Shown: positions 1-13,533, numbered from the stretch's first letter. The stretch: DNA of 64,000 nt from Euglena gracilis (GCA_039621445.1 CP154954.1:11464716-11528715); one strand, 5' to 3'. Notes: a model not told the origin generated them from the letters alone. Program-made: numbers and translations.

Positions 1-503
1 TTCGAATACTTAAAAAACAATTTTTTGTTTTTTTTAAAAAAAAATCATTTTTTTTTTCCGGCAAATGTGCCGCCTAAAAACGTTTGGGCCTCGGGCACTG
101 CTGTGTCCCCCCCCCCAACGGGCGACCCCGTGCAGGGGGTGGTTGTGAAAAAGACTCATCAATCATATCATTTATCACTCATCAATTATATCATTTGTAG
201 AATTATATATAAGAAGACTTTTTTCTGGGAAATTATGACCTCTTTGGGCCATATACTTTCAGGTTGGCTTCAAAAAAAAAAAACACCTCAAAAACATCCA
301 TTTCCCCTCCGGTTTGGAAAAAAATTCACGAGCAAAAAATTGTAAATGAGAAAAAAAGTGTACAAATGAAAAGCGCAAGAAAATAATTGCACCGAAAAAG
401 AAGTTGGGACTCCAGTGCCACGGCATCAAGCAAGAAGGTGCGCAGACCACCACAGCGACACACTTGCATAGCTTTGCATGTGTGTAAGAAGGGAGTCCTG
501 GCC

Positions 504-568
504 TCATCGACGTAAGTGCCGTCTTCCAGTGACATCCTAGGCTCAATGCCGAACACATTGTTGCGGTC
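504..568 (-). CDS. PSB33: PSB33-like exon
   Basis: DRNNVFGIEPRMSLEDGTYVD; joined in frame by nonconventional intron 569-992 (gggCAG...CTGgcacc). Confidence 0.75.
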
Positions 569-1241
569 GGTGCCAGGGCGGAACGAACGTTACTCAGCGA
601 CCCAAAAGCGGGCAGCCAAATGCTTGGACGTTGGCAGAGAATCAAAGAGGCTGCCCCGAGACGAGGCAAAGCGAAAAAAAAAGGAAATTCACAGCGTTTT
701 CAAAGGAAGAGATGGCAGAAATGGGAACGGGCGACCAGAAGGTCCGGAATAAGCCTGTTTTGGGCCCGGGGGATCCCCGCCTGTTGTCACGCTTGGCTTG
801 GCCCGAAACTTGCTGTGTGTGGCAGAAAAACAAAACACCTCTTCGGCGCCCCCAACCCTCTGGGCCTAGCCCCCCCCCCTGGTTGAGGCTTCATGGCCGG
901 TGCTGACTTCGCTTCTGGCCCAGTCTGCTGTGTGGTGACTGGCCAGGGACCGACTTACCCCCCCGCCCGCAGGACGGTGGGCCCCCCTGCCCGAAGCTGC
1001 TGCGGGCGCCGCCGTCGAAGTAGTACCGCTCCCCCTCCATGACCTGCACGAACACGTCCTCCCCCCGCACCTGCACCGGGAACACCTCCAGCGGGGGGCA
1101 CGGCGGGGTTTGGGCGACGACGCGGCCCGACCGCCGGGCAATGGACACTGCCAAGAAACGGGACCAGGGGAACGCAACATAATAACACAGTGCATATGCT
1201 CCACATGCAATATATATGTATATATGTATGTATGTATAAAA

Positions 1242-1274
<33 letters not shown>

Positions 1275-4200
1275 TGTATGTATGTATGTATGTATGTGTG
1301 TAATGTATGTATGTATGTATGTATGTATGTATGTATGTATGTATGTATGTATGTATGTATGTATGTATGTATGTATGTATGTATGTATGTATGTATGTAT
1401 GTATGTATGTATGTATGTATGTATGTATGTATGTATGTATGTATGTATGTATGTATGTATGTATGTATGTATGTATGTATGTATATATATAATATATATA
1501 GTTAGGTTAGGTTTTGGATTTGGATTAGGGTTCGGGTGAAGGGTTAGGGATAGGGGAAATTAGGCAGTTGGACCGCATTTCGGCAGATTTTAGGACGAAT
1601 TTTCGGCCCAATCTTTTATATGAATTTCGACCTGATTTCGGCACAACTGTTTTCCTAAATCGTAACCCTAACCAGGGGCAGGGAGATATTCCGGTCGGCC
1701 AAAATTTTTATTCCGGTGTTTTATTCCGGTTTATTCCGGGTTATTCCGGTTTATTCCGGAATTTATTCCGGTTTATTTCGGTCAATTTCTGTCTGAATGG
1801 ACTTAGGATTTTTTCGAAGCACAACTGGGCCGAGGCACTCACCCGGCTTCAGGAATGGCGATGCATTCCTTGGTTGCCCAGCCCCGCCAAGTGGTCACTT
1901 TGCACTTGGAGATGCTGTGCAGACCGCACCACAACACACCTCCACCGTTTTGGGAAAAATAAGAAATAGGAAGCACAGATATTTTTTTCTGCATTGTGAA
2001 TCGCATTTGGGAAAAGGGGCTTTAACTGATAATAATAACACATGCAAAAACAGATGTGGTTTCATTACGCATCCAAAAATTGGGCACGCTCATATAGAAT
2101 GGAAGTTTAAGAGTTATGTTGCTCCACGGCGCAATAGAAATACAATTCTTAAAATTCTAAATTAGCGTGGCTGTTGCGCCGAAGCGAACACCTCAGCAGG
2201 TAAACCTTCACAGATCACAGAGCCTAAAAAGCAAAAAAAAACAGCCCAAAAGTCACCTAGCCCATGTAGCGCCATCTTGGAAACACAATCCAGGCTTCAA
2301 AAATGAGGGAGACACAACAGGGGTGTTGGGAAAATTCACGTGTCCCGGTGTTTAAACCCGGGGGTCGGGACCTTTCTAAAATGGAGCACACGCTTAAAAA
2401 CACCAAAAGGGCCTGTTTCCTGGGTCCCAACAACCGCAAATGATGCACGCGGTGTCACCGTGGAGGGTCCCCGCGAAACCAGAGGGTCAAAAGGGTGGGT
2501 TTCACTGCCGGGTTTCAAAAAGAATGCAACATTGCGCTTAAGCGCAATGCAAAAATCAAAAACTTAAGTGCGAGTTAGGCCGCCTAAGAGTGTTATTATC
2601 CCCTGATTGAAGGATGATTCGCTTTGTCCAATGGGATCCCTGCCCCAAAAAATCAGTGTTCATATTGTCCTAGTTCATGTCCCTTTGGAAAGAACTCAGG
2701 GACAAACGTTCACTAAGTGCAGTCCCACAAGTGGGGAGAAAATCCAAACAAAAAAATGCATTCAACCAGGGGGAGAAACAGGCAAACTAAAGGTGTGCTC
2801 TTAATATCAAGTGCTGATTGTGCTACGCTTGCGCTTGCGCTCTTTTGTTGCTCTTGTGATTTTGAAACCTGAAAATATGTCAAACTTCACCTTCATTGCC
2901 TTTGTGTCTTGCAGAATTTTCAAGCCATTGGCTGGCGCTTTTATTCCGGTTATTCCGGTTTATTCCGGTTTATTCCGGTTTTCGCTATTCCGGTTTATTC
3001 CGGTTTATTCCGGACCGGAATATCTCCCTGCCCCTGTCCTAACCCTATTCCTTATTTTAACCCCAATCCGAATCCCGTATTAAACGGAAATACGGCGCGT
3101 CGGGGCGCGAAAACCAAAATTTGGAGTTGGTGAAAGAAGTGGGACCCCCGCCCCCAGGTTAAACTACTGGGCCCTCCCCCCCCGGGGGGGGCAGTGAGTT
3201 AGTCTTGCCATATATATATGTATATATATACATATATATACATATATATTATCAGTATTGTGTCATGGCATTGTATGTAGTTTGTGGCATACACATAATA
3301 TTGCATGTGGTTTGCAACGTTGAAATGTGTGTATACGTGCGTATGGACTTTTTGTACATTTACCTTTAAAAAAATAAGAAAATAAAAACGGCAAAGCTGA
3401 ACATTATGAAGAAAAAAATGCAAAATTCAAATCACCCAATTCTTTTGCATACCCCCCCTGCTGGACCACCCCCTAGCCGCCGCCCCAGGAAACTGTCTCC
3501 TGACAGGTTGGCCACTACCAGGGCTGACGATTTTCTGGGTAGGATCTGCCCACCAAACCAACAGTGCTGGTGAACTGGCCTGTCAGTTTAGGAAATTGCA
3601 AGCGTCACCATTACTGGCCAACGTGTCAGGGTCAAGCCCTGTCAGTGGCCCTGACAATCACAGCCAGGGTCATTGACAGTAGAGAAACTGCCACTGACAG
3701 CTTCATTGACGGTGACTGGCTTTGACACTGTCCGTGAAACTTCAACTGGGACCTTAACAGTTTCCCAGAAGGTGCTTCACAAGGAAAATGAATGGACTTA
3801 AAATGAACTTTGGCCCTACAATGTCGACTGGGATCAACAGCTGCTGTTGCCAACCCGACATCTTCTATGAGAATAGGTTGGCCGATTCCCTGCACCCCAA
3901 CAATTTCCTGGGGAGTGGGGAGGACCCCGACAGATTCTCCAGCATGACGATTTCCAGGGGGGTGTAGCTCGATTGCGTCCCTTTCAGAGGGGGGGTTCGA
4001 ATCGGCCGCCAAATCAAAGGCTTCAGATATTTTGGCGTATTTGTCTATGGTCCATTTGTGGTTTCCTAAGTTGTATGCACGCATAATTCCCATTTCTTCA
4101 TTCATCGCGAAAGACGCTCCATTTCTCTAGAGGTGTCAACACCTGCTTTTGGGCAAAAATATTATGTGAAGGTTGGAATCTTGTGGAGAACAAAGGCACT

Positions 4201-7200
4201 GAGGTGCAGGCATTTTTGGGGTACAGCAGGCGCCAGGGGCTGGCACACAGGAACCAAGCCGCGGCGTCGTCAGGATCCGCAGCACCGAGTTGTTCGGCAT
4301 CCAGTTCAGCACCTCCCCGGTCTTGAGGCTGAACTCCGTGTCCGTGCTGGGGCGCCAACAGGGCCCAGTGGGGTCACGCGCGGGGACCTGACGGAGGCCC
4401 GGTGGTCACGCACGGGGAGCTGACGGAGGGCACCCGGAGGGAATGCAGAACTGCCAAAACAAAAACAAACAAACAAATAAGATAACTGCATTCTTTAATA
4501 CCGCCGAAACTGGATGATACGTGACCATACAAACACTTAATGACCCATCGACCGGGGGCGGGTGGCATTCTTTCCAGCCTCAAACCCACTGACCCACCTT
4601 TTCGACCCACGCACGCACTCCGCATGGCTCATGAGCCTCCTCCTGTGGAAATGGATGCATGGTCGCTTTTGGCTTGTTTTGCTTGGTTGCTTTTGGCAAC
4701 TTGGGCACTTTGGCCTCTTTTGGCCGGGTTGGGCCTCAAAAATTTCAAATATTCCCTCCGATTTGCAGCTCCACCTGACTCTATGCCTTAAAAATGAGCA
4801 AATCAATCTTTTGATTTGCAACTCCACCAAACAGTGATCCCCAAACCGGACCAGGAGTTTCCGGGAAGGGAGAGTAGAGACATTTTCAGCGGTGTCGCCT
4901 GTTGCCTCATTGACCTGCGGTAAATACGACTGTCCCCCCGCCCCACGCTCATTATTGCATTAAACAAATTGCTAGGGAACACCCTCCGATGGATGTGGCG
5001 CCCTTCATTCGGGGGGGGGGGGGAGGGATGCGCTAGCCTGGTCTCGAAAAAAAAGGCAAAAAAACACAAAAAAATGCGCGAAAAATGCGTTTTGCGCAAC
5101 TTTGTAAAAAGTATGCAAAAAAACAACAACAACAAAAACACAAAAAAAACACGAAACACATTCCCCCCCACTTCATTTTCATGCACGCCAGGTCAACAAC
5201 ACGCCGCGCGGGGCCCTGGCCACAAGATGCCGAAGTTTTGGGTGAAGCGGGCCTGCTCGAAGCCCTGGTTGAAGGCGCCCTCCGCGGGGGACCGGTTCTC
5301 GATGGCGTAGAGCTCGTTGCGGGCGGGCGGAATTGGACCGACCCCCAGAGGGAGGCAGGCGGGGGTGGTCTGGCCCCCCCCCCCCCCCTGGTCAAGCCCT
5401 GCCCCCCCCCCCCACCGACACAGTGCCCCCCCCCCCTGCACGCCAACGTTTCAGGAAAAGTGCCGTTGAAACAGGGGTTGTGAAAACGTCACACTGTGTC
5501 TTGGACAAGGGGGGGAGGTAGCATGGCCAAAATGACCGACATTTGGCCAAGGAAGCGACGGGACGAAAACCTTTGCCACCAAATCATCATTTTTTTTGCA
5601 GAATTTTGTCGAAATGCGAAATTTTTTTCGACACGAGTGCCTGGAGGTCTGTTTGGGGAATCCCAGTTATCCCCTGGTCCAGATCTCCGATGGCCAACAG
5701 GGGGGGGGGGGCACCTCCCCACCCAAACCCCAAACACCCTCGCACCAACAAACCTGGGGCCGGATCTGGGAGCCTTGGTGTGCCTGCCCAGGCTGGCTCC
5801 CCCCTTTTGAGCCGGGGCCGGCCACCTGTAGCAATCCGGCCGGGGTGCGGTACCAGAACAGGAGGACGCTGGCGCCGCGCAGGGAGAGCAGCTTGCGGGT
5901 GCCCTTCGGGATCTCCGCGATGTGCGTCGCGAAGACGGGGCACGCGCCCGGGCAGGCGGTGTGCCTGGCGGCGTGCAGCAAAGCCGCTGGGGTCGGAGCC
6001 AGGGATGAAGTTAATGACTCCCCCCGGGGGGGGGGTGCTCTTTCTTGAGCCCAAGCTCATCCACATTTTTTTTCGGTTTGGGTGGGTGGGTAGGTGGGTT
6101 GACTCCCCTCTCATGTCATGGGGGGGGGGGTCGTGCGTGGCCAAAGACCCGTCCAAAATTTTTTTCTGGTCCGGCATTTGGCCAGGCAGAATATTTACCC
6201 CACCCCCATCTGCAACCCCACCCCCAAGGGGCAGGGGGAAGACAAAAACAGGTGTTAAATGAATGTATGGTCGGAGATGCCTGCTCGAAGAAACAGTAAG
6301 AAAAAAGTTTCTTGGAAGCTTCCTCATTTGCACATTTCTCCCAACCCCCCTGTCCATCCACAACTGCTTATCTGTGGGGAGAAATGGAGATCAAAAAGAA
6401 ATGCTGCAGACCATCAACTGTGTGTTATCGTGCCATCACAAATTATCGCAAATCATCATCACAAAAAATAACGCAAAAGACGGAACCTGTGTCATATGTG
6501 TCGCCAATTTTTTCTTGTTCCACAGCCCATTTGACGAGATGCACCCAAGGGCCCAATTGAGCTGTCGCCGGTTCCTGCCGGGGCGCGGGTGTAATCTGCA
6601 TCAGTCGCCTCCGCACTGACTTGCTCACCAGTGGTGGAGGCCATTCCGAGGGCGGGGACCCGGCGTGACGCCGCCCACCCAGCCAGCAGCACCACAGGTA
6701 GGGGCAGGGAGGCTTTGGGGGGATTGGTTGGGGGTAAAAGCGGACACCACGAAAACCTACGAAAAGACAGTTTAAAAACCACAAAAAAAGGTTAAACAAA
6801 AAGTATACTAAAACCACAAAAATAATGAACAAAAGCAATACTAAAACAGCAGGACAAAACCAACACCAAATTCCCTCTCTTTTAAAGCTCTCCTAAATTG
6901 CGATTGGTGTGTGTCCTGGTTCACCTCAGTGCTGTTGGCAGCGAATAAAAGCAAAATAAAAATATTTGTAGGGGGGACAAAAATGCAACAGACAAAAATT
7001 AGTGTAAAAAACTATGGCAAAATATTTTGGTAAAAATTTCGTTGGCAAAATAATTAATAATGAATAAGATTTGGTAAAATTCGGTATTCAACCACTTCTT
7101 AACACTTTCTTTTGCCATGTGTCAATTACAGTAGCTTTGCCCATGCTTTTCATTGAGGAAATTGAACAAATTCTGGCTATTTGCCTCAAAAAGGCCATCA

Positions 7201-9784
7201 AATTTTGCAAAAAAACTGCTAATATCTGTCCAATTTTTGTCAATTTTGGGCATTCCGGACCATTTCCTAGTCATTTTTTGTCTTTTGGTCTGAGGCTTAA
7301 CGGAAGAGGGAAGCCGACACCGGTCGAAAATTATGGCAAAAAATATGGTCAAATTTGGGTACTTTACAAAATTTTTTGTCCACCATAATTTTTGTACCCT
7401 GAATTCATTTTTTTAATGTATATTCATCGAATATATTCAATTTTTCACCTTGACAAAATTACTATGTCTGACGATATTACTCCCAAAATTATTGAAACCG
7501 CAACAACGAAAATGATAAATAAATTACACCGACGGTGGGCAGTGGAGGTCGCCTGAATCGCAAATTGTTGTCCCCCGTGTGCTGTGACGTAGTTGTGCTG
7601 CAGGTCGTTGGTGGCTGCTCATAATTTTCATTGCATATTGAATTTGTGGTATGTTTTTTTTACGACCCTCCCTGTCCTTCAAGCCAAAAAAATTACAGCT
7701 GACTTTTTCCACCCACCCAAATTTTCCAGCCTCTGAGCTGGACGCCCCTCCCCCTGGGGGCTTTTAAAGCCCTGATTTCGGGCAAAGCTGGCTGGACCCC
7801 CCCTCCGTCCCACTGGTTCAAACCAGCGCATTCTCTCATGTGTTTGTTGGCGCCCACCCCAGGGAGCTTTTAAGAAAAATGACGTCTGAATCAATTTTGG
7901 GCCCTTGTGAGTTGGTTTGCACATTATGGAAGCGCTTCGAAATGTGGTTTCAAAAAGCCATTCTTTTGATGTATTGACTCCTACAAAAATCAGATCGATC
8001 TCATAGGACCCCGCGGCTCACCTCACCTGACCGGAATTGAAATATGTTTCTTTAACTAAAATAAGTTTTAATCAAGGCTGACCCTCCCCCTTTAAGGGGT
8101 CCTCGGCTGGTACTGGGCCCAACCCAGGGTCTAACCCGGTACAAAAAAAAATGTAAACTGTGTAAACTATGTAAAATCGAAACTGCAAAAATAACCAAAA
8201 AACTGCCGAAAATCGATTATTTTTATACCAAAATTTGCCCTGGCCAGCCCAAATCTGACCCCTTTTTGGCCATTTTTGTCCCATTTTTGGCCCATGTCTG
8301 CACCCCGAAAACGAAAAACCGTTAGCGTCCAACCGCCTGAAGGTCGGCTGGATATAAATGAAACTTGTTGAGGGGGGGGGGTCCGGGGCTGGCAAAAGGC
8401 TGCCTGACTGGACCCCCCCCAGGAAGTTGGGGTCTAATTATCTGAAGCTACACCCTGGCGGAACTCCTTTCGACTGGACCCGGCTAACTTTCGGGGAGCT
8501 ATCACCAAAGAGGAATCGTCTTGGCTGGGAGGGGGCCAAAGACCCCGCTGGCCTCACGGAACACCGCCGTGGACCCAGAGTCAGGCCTCCCTGGCTGCGG
8601 CCCACAGCGAACGCAGCACCGCGGCGGTCCACCGGGCGGCCGGGGTCTCGCCGCCGTCTGGCCGGCTGCGGAGCGCCGCGGCGGTGAGCCGCGCCGCGGG
8701 GGGCCGGGGCGGCGGTCCGCTGCGTGGCCGCCGCGGAAGGGCCGGCCGCAGCGGCGGCCAGTCTCCGGCGGGCGCACTGGACGCAGCACCGCTGAACTCG
8801 CGGGATGCCACATGAGGGCTTTGGCTCCTGCTTCTTGGAAGAAGTCTGTCAGGTTCGGTTGTTTGCCATATGGCTACAACTTGTTTCCCAGATGCCACTG
8901 GGATCTGGTGGAAAAAAAAAAGAACTTCAAAAATCATGCACTATGTTTTTGTAAAAAGGTTCAAAAAATAGCAGTCTTATAAAAATGCCCGCTGGAGCAC
9001 GTGGGAGACGCCATAATGCGTCGTAATACAACACATAATATGACACACATACATATTTTACGCACACACCTATATAACTACAGATAACAGATTACAGCAC
9101 CCAATGGAGTGTATTCGTCTTTGGGTCCAACTTATTTTTGGAGCTGCTTTCTTTGGGACCTTCGGCCACCGCTGGCTGGGCCGGAGCTGCGCCGTGGCTG
9201 GCACGCGGACCACAGTGGCGTGCGGGGCGGCGGCGAGCGCTGTGCCGGCAGGGCGGGCGGCCGCGTGGAGCGTTGCGAACACGACGGCGGCGCTGGCAAG
9301 CATCGACAGCCCGAACGCGGCGGGGGCGGCCAGTCGGGGGCACCGCGGGCCGTGCCAGGGGGGAAACGAAACAGCCCCCCCCCCCTCCAGACAGACAGGC
9401 AGGCAGGCAGACAGACAGACAGACACACAGACAGACAGACACACAGACACACAGACAGACAGACAGGCAGACAGACAGACAGACAGACAGACACACAGAC
9501 AAGAATGCATACGGTGTGCGAAATGCTGGCTTGCAAACGTATGCTGTGTGTATACATGTGTGTGCGTGTGTTGCGCACGCGCATGTGTGGGATGACGTGA
9601 CACGTGATGTAAGAATTTCGCCCAATATTATCAGTTTTTTTTTTAAACCAGAGCCTGAGAATGGTCCTGGCTCCCCGCAAAACCACGTTGTCGTTGTTTT
9701 GTACATCAACGACAACGAGCCAGCGACTGACAGTGCACAGCCGGGAGGTGGCCGAGAAGAGCCACCTTGGCTGTACTGCGCCAT
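504..9784 (-). CDS. PSB33: PSB33/TEF5/LIL8-like Rieske-fold thylakoid protein with euglenid plastid-targeting leader; multi-exon, 3' end probably beyond the left edge of the window
   Basis: Exons approx. 9784-9766, 9350-9178, 8778-8597, 6699-6591, 5936-5847, 5318-5222, 4353-4271, 1109-993, 568-504. They splice in frame to ...DYVFATHIAEIPKGTRKLLSLRGASVLLFWYRNELYAIENRSPAEGAFNQGFEQARFTQNFGILCPSTDTEFSLKTGEVLNWMPNNSVLRILTPPCPPLEVFPVQV...GGARSSFDRNNVFGIEPRM. The motifs AIENRSPAEGA and CPSTD..F.L.TGE match PSB33/TEF5 as I recall them. First exon and a few borders are approximate. Confidence 0.88.
993..1109 (-). CDS. PSB33: PSB33-like exon
   Basis: TPPCPPLEVFPVQVRGEDVFVQVMEGERYYFDGGARSSF. Confidence 0.85.
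1246..1485. repeat. (TATG)n microsatellite
   Basis: Direct reading. Confidence 0.98.
1673..3036. mobile_element. Non-autonomous TIR element (hAT/P-like), 1364 bp
   Basis: 24-bp perfect TIR CAGGGGCAGGGAGATATTCCGGTC / GACCGGAATATCTCCCTGCCCCTG; subterminal arrays of TTATTCCGG at both ends; flanks CCCTAAC / TCCTAAC (6/7). Confidence 0.88.
4271..4353 (-). CDS. PSB33: PSB33-like exon (degenerate Rieske box II)
   Basis: CPSTDTEFSLKTGEVLNWMPNNSVLRIL; not shown in this frame in the ORF track, translated manually. Confidence 0.88.
5222..5318 (-). CDS. PSB33: PSB33-like exon (degenerate Rieske box I)
   Basis: NELYAIENRSPAEGAFNQGFEQARFTQNFGIL. Confidence 0.9.
5847..5936 (-). CDS. PSB33: PSB33-like exon (Rieske-fold N-terminal part)
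   Basis: VFATHIAEIPKGTRKLLSLRGASVLLFWYR. Confidence 0.85.
6591..6699 (-). CDS. PSB33: PSB33-like exon: stop-transfer segment and mature N-terminus
   Basis: PVVLLAGWAASRRVPALGMASTTGEQVSAEATDADY; flanking intron stems CAGGGAGGC/GCCTCCCTG and CGCGCCCCGGCAGG/CCTGCCCGGGCGCG. Confidence 0.72.
8597..8778 (-). CDS. PSB33: PSB33-like exon: transit peptide and start of second hydrophobic segment
   Basis: SAPAGDWPPLRPALPRRPRSG...RWTAAVLRSLWAA; both borders fit N3-CAG/CTG-N5 and keep frame. Confidence 0.7.
9178..9350 (-). CDS. PSB33: PSB33-like exon: signal-peptide part of the plastid-targeting leader
   Basis: PRCPRLAAPAAFGLSMLASAAVVFATLHAAARPAGTALAAAPHATVVRVPATAQLRP: hydrophobic core followed by an Ala/Thr/Arg-rich transit-like segment. 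Confidence 0.75.
9390..9500. repeat. (CAGA)n microsatellite
   Basis: Direct reading. Confidence 0.95.
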
Positions 9785-10011
9785 CGATGCAGGGGAGAGT
9801 GAAGAGAGGAGCCTGCGGGGGCAGGGTGGGGGGGGAAGACCGGGGGTGGGATGCCAGAGGGGGCAGGCAGGATGGACCCCACCCTGTTGGCCTGGTTGCA
9901 CGCCCTCGCTTATTTCCTTTGGAGACGGACGTTGTCGGGCCAGGTCAATTGGCACATGCCATGTGCCGGGTGAGTGCCAAACCTCCTCAAGACCGTGGTG
10001 GGCCGAGGTTG

Positions 10012-10294
<283 letters not shown>

Positions 10295-10817
10295 ATACCT
10301 TACGTGGGGGGTGAAAAGGAAGACCAAGCACTCACGCAAACGAAACCTTGCCCCGAACATCTGATCAAAATCGCAAAATGGGTGAATTGCCCAGAGCTCT
10401 CTTTTGAAAACAAGTCTGGAAACATTGCTTCCTCACCCGAAACACCCACATCAACGATACTGCACTTTCCCCACAACTGTTTCACGAAGATCCACTCTGC
10501 TTGTTGTGTGTGTGTGTGCTTGTGTGGCTGCGCGCGTGCGTGTTTTTCTCGCGCGTGCGTGCGCGTGCTTGCTTGTGCGCGCGCGCTTGTGTCTGTGTGC
10601 GTGCGCGCACGCGCGTGTGTGTGCGCCCGCTTGTGTGCGTGCGCGCATGTATCCGCCGTGGCAATTTTGCAGCAAGGTCAACCTTTTAAAAAAACAGACA
10701 AGGAGGTAAGAGAATAAAACCAAAGAAACACAATTAATACCCAACAAAACAGCAAAAATACCTTGATCTCGAGTCGTTACTTTCTAAACGAAAGCGGGCC
10801 AACTTGGGAGCGTGGGA

Positions 10818-10848
<31 letters not shown>

Positions 10849-12719
10849 CCGTCAGGAAGTCACGGCCCAGAGGTGCCTTGTGCTCAGCTCGTCTGGTGCG
10901 TCCTCTAGAGGGTTCGCTGTGGAGTGCGCCCCCTTGTCAACACCGGGGCGGGTGCCTCCTCCTGTGCATTGGAAAACCCGTGAGTAATTATTTTACTAAG
11001 GTTATTATTTTCAATCCAAAACAAATAAAAAAATAAATTATAAATAATAAAATTACAATAATTATTGAACAATATAATTATTATCAAAAAAAAAGTTATA
11101 AAAAACACAACAAAAAGGAATTGTGATTAAAGAAAACTCAACTCCCAAAATTCAGGGGGTTACGAAGGGGGTTGTGTCCAGGCGAGCTTAATGCTTGAAA
11201 CTGGGACCGTTGACCTCATCATGAGCCGGAACCTGACCCATCCATACTCGTGCTGCGACCATTTTCAACCAAAATCTGATAAATAAAATTACAATTAATT
11301 TTTTTTTTATTACAATTATTTAATTTTTTATTAAAAATATAATAAAATATATTTATAAAATTATTTATAATAAAACAAAAATAAAAGATAAGAATTATTA
11401 TTATCTAAATAATTATAAAATTATAAAAACACACACAAATGAAAAAGGCTTCGGGGGTTACCGGGGGGGAGGGGGGAGAAACGGGAATGGGGTGACCGAC
11501 AAATAAAAAAGGCCGGGAAAATGGTAATCCATACATCCATTTTTTTTTCCCCGATTGGGAACATTTTTTTTTTCTTTTCGTTTTTTTCATGCTTTTTTTT
11601 TGCGCAATATTCGTTCATTTTTTTTTTTTAATTGTCCAAATAATTATCATTCACCAATGATCCACGTCAGGCTTCTTCTTTTTAGGAAGTGCGCACCCAG
11701 GCAGGGGGGAGGGCAGGGCATTTTCCACCCACTAGGGGGTCAAGTTTTGGGGTGGGTAGTGCTAGAAGCACACCCACCAGAAAATGGCCATTTTCAAGGG
11801 AAAATTGGCTCGGTCGGCAGGCACTGGGGCCAAAACCAACTCCCGGGGGGGGGTACACGTATGGAATCTCGGGGCACTAGCACCTTTTTGAAAAATCATA
11901 ATCGTTATCCTTTTTTCCCCAACAAAGAACCTCAGCCTAAAGAAGGCCTGACATAATCTGATCTTCCAGTAGAGCCCCCCCCCCTGGTCACACTTGTGTC
12001 AACTTGTGGGAACTCCCACAAGTTCGGAGGGGGCCCACAAATGCAAAGCTTCCATTTTATATTCAAGGGCCATCACAGCATGGATCTTTTGCCCCCTGAT
12101 GAGGCAACACAGGAATTATTCAAAAAAACAAAAACACTGGTGTGCCATTCTGCCAAACTGGGTTATTTGATCTGTCCACTTCAATAATTCTTTTTATATA
12201 TTCCCAATAATCAATTGATTTCGCCTCAGCCCTGGAGCGGGCTGGGGTTGGAGTTATTGATGAGGATTACGGTTAAAGATTGTATTTGCAGAAAAAATAA
12301 ATCCGGATTAGGTCAAAAATTAGGCCGCAAATGAGGCCTAAACTCGGCCAGCACAGGTCTAAATCCAAATCTGCCCCCAATTCCGAGGGCTAACCCTAAC
12401 CCTGGCCCCATCCCATTCATTAACGCCACCCACCACTCTCGGAGGGCACCGAAAGAGGTCCGTTTCGGGGCGGGTCTCCTCCAGTCACCCTAGTCAACAA
12501 CCCAGTGCCGACCGGTCCCAAAAGCATAAGATTGCTTATTTGCGGAAAATTGCAGAAAAATTGAAATATTTCCGATGTTTTTTGCATGATATAAACATTG
12601 GCTGAGGATGGGGATGCGTCTACATCAAGAACTGCGCCTTAAACGCAGGCTCTGACCTGATCCTGCGTTTCGAAATGCAGGCTCAGGTCAGAGCCTGCGT
12701 TCAAGACGCAGTGATTTAA

Positions 12720-13533
12720 GCCTGTGTTCATGAAGTCACGGCGTAGGTCAAAATCTGTGTTCTCAACCTCGGCGAGTGCTGCCTTGCTGAGCAAGCAAAC
12801 AACGGCATTTTGCAAAAATATGCGCGTGAACTTCTTACTTTAGGACCGACCATCGCACCTGAAAAAAAAATACAACGCAGCGTCCCTGTAATCTGCTGGC
12901 ACCGCTCGTCGGCTGATGAAACGACCTTCCGAACAAGGGGTAACTTTCAAGTCGCTTTAAGGTCAGTGAACTGTGGTAAGAGGGTTACGATCTCGATTTC
13001 TCAGCCACATCATCAGACTGGCCTCATGAATCTTTTTTACTTGATTTCTTGCAAGGTAACGTTGGCTTTCAATTTCCACCATTTGAGAGTGTCAAAAAAC
13101 ACTGAAGCCAGAGCCATTTTTTGATGCATCATGTAAGTGCCCTTGGGTGCTCTTAACCCCCCAAAAGAAACCCCACCAATTTTTTTTGGAAATTTTGCAC
13201 CCTTTCCCCTTGCTTGACCCACATAACGCTTTCTTGGTAAAAAAAATGGCCAAAAATGACATATTTGTTAACTTTTTAGAAATTTTAGGTAAAATTCTGA
13301 CTCATTGGCTTCAAAAAAGACATTTTCACACAAAAATATCAAATTTTGAATCGAAAACATTTTTGCATAAAAATGGTTTTTTATTGCCATTTTCTTACCA
13401 CAATTTTCTTGGTCAAAGCCCGTGTTAAGAAGCACGGGCTCAGGCGAAGCCCGTGTTTCTGAATACGAGCTTCGGCGTGCCTGGGTTTAGAAACGCAGAC
13501 TTTGACCAGAGCGATATTGCTCTAAACACAGGC
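12720..13533. mobile_element. TIR element flanked by TTAA
   Basis: TTAA|GCCTGTGTT ... AACACAGGC|TTAA, with inner inverted match GGTCAAAATCTGTGTT / AACGCAGACTTTGACC. Confidence 0.65.

Noticed and set aside
952-958. GTAAGT donor (minus strand) for the PSB33-like exon
   Set aside because: The N3-CAG border at 992 gives the conserved in-frame GGARSSF|DRNNVFGIEP join, and no AG acceptor lies next to the following exon.
1500-1560. Telomere or chromosome end
   Set aside because: Only a few degenerate TTAGGG units, internal to an intronic inverted-repeat element.
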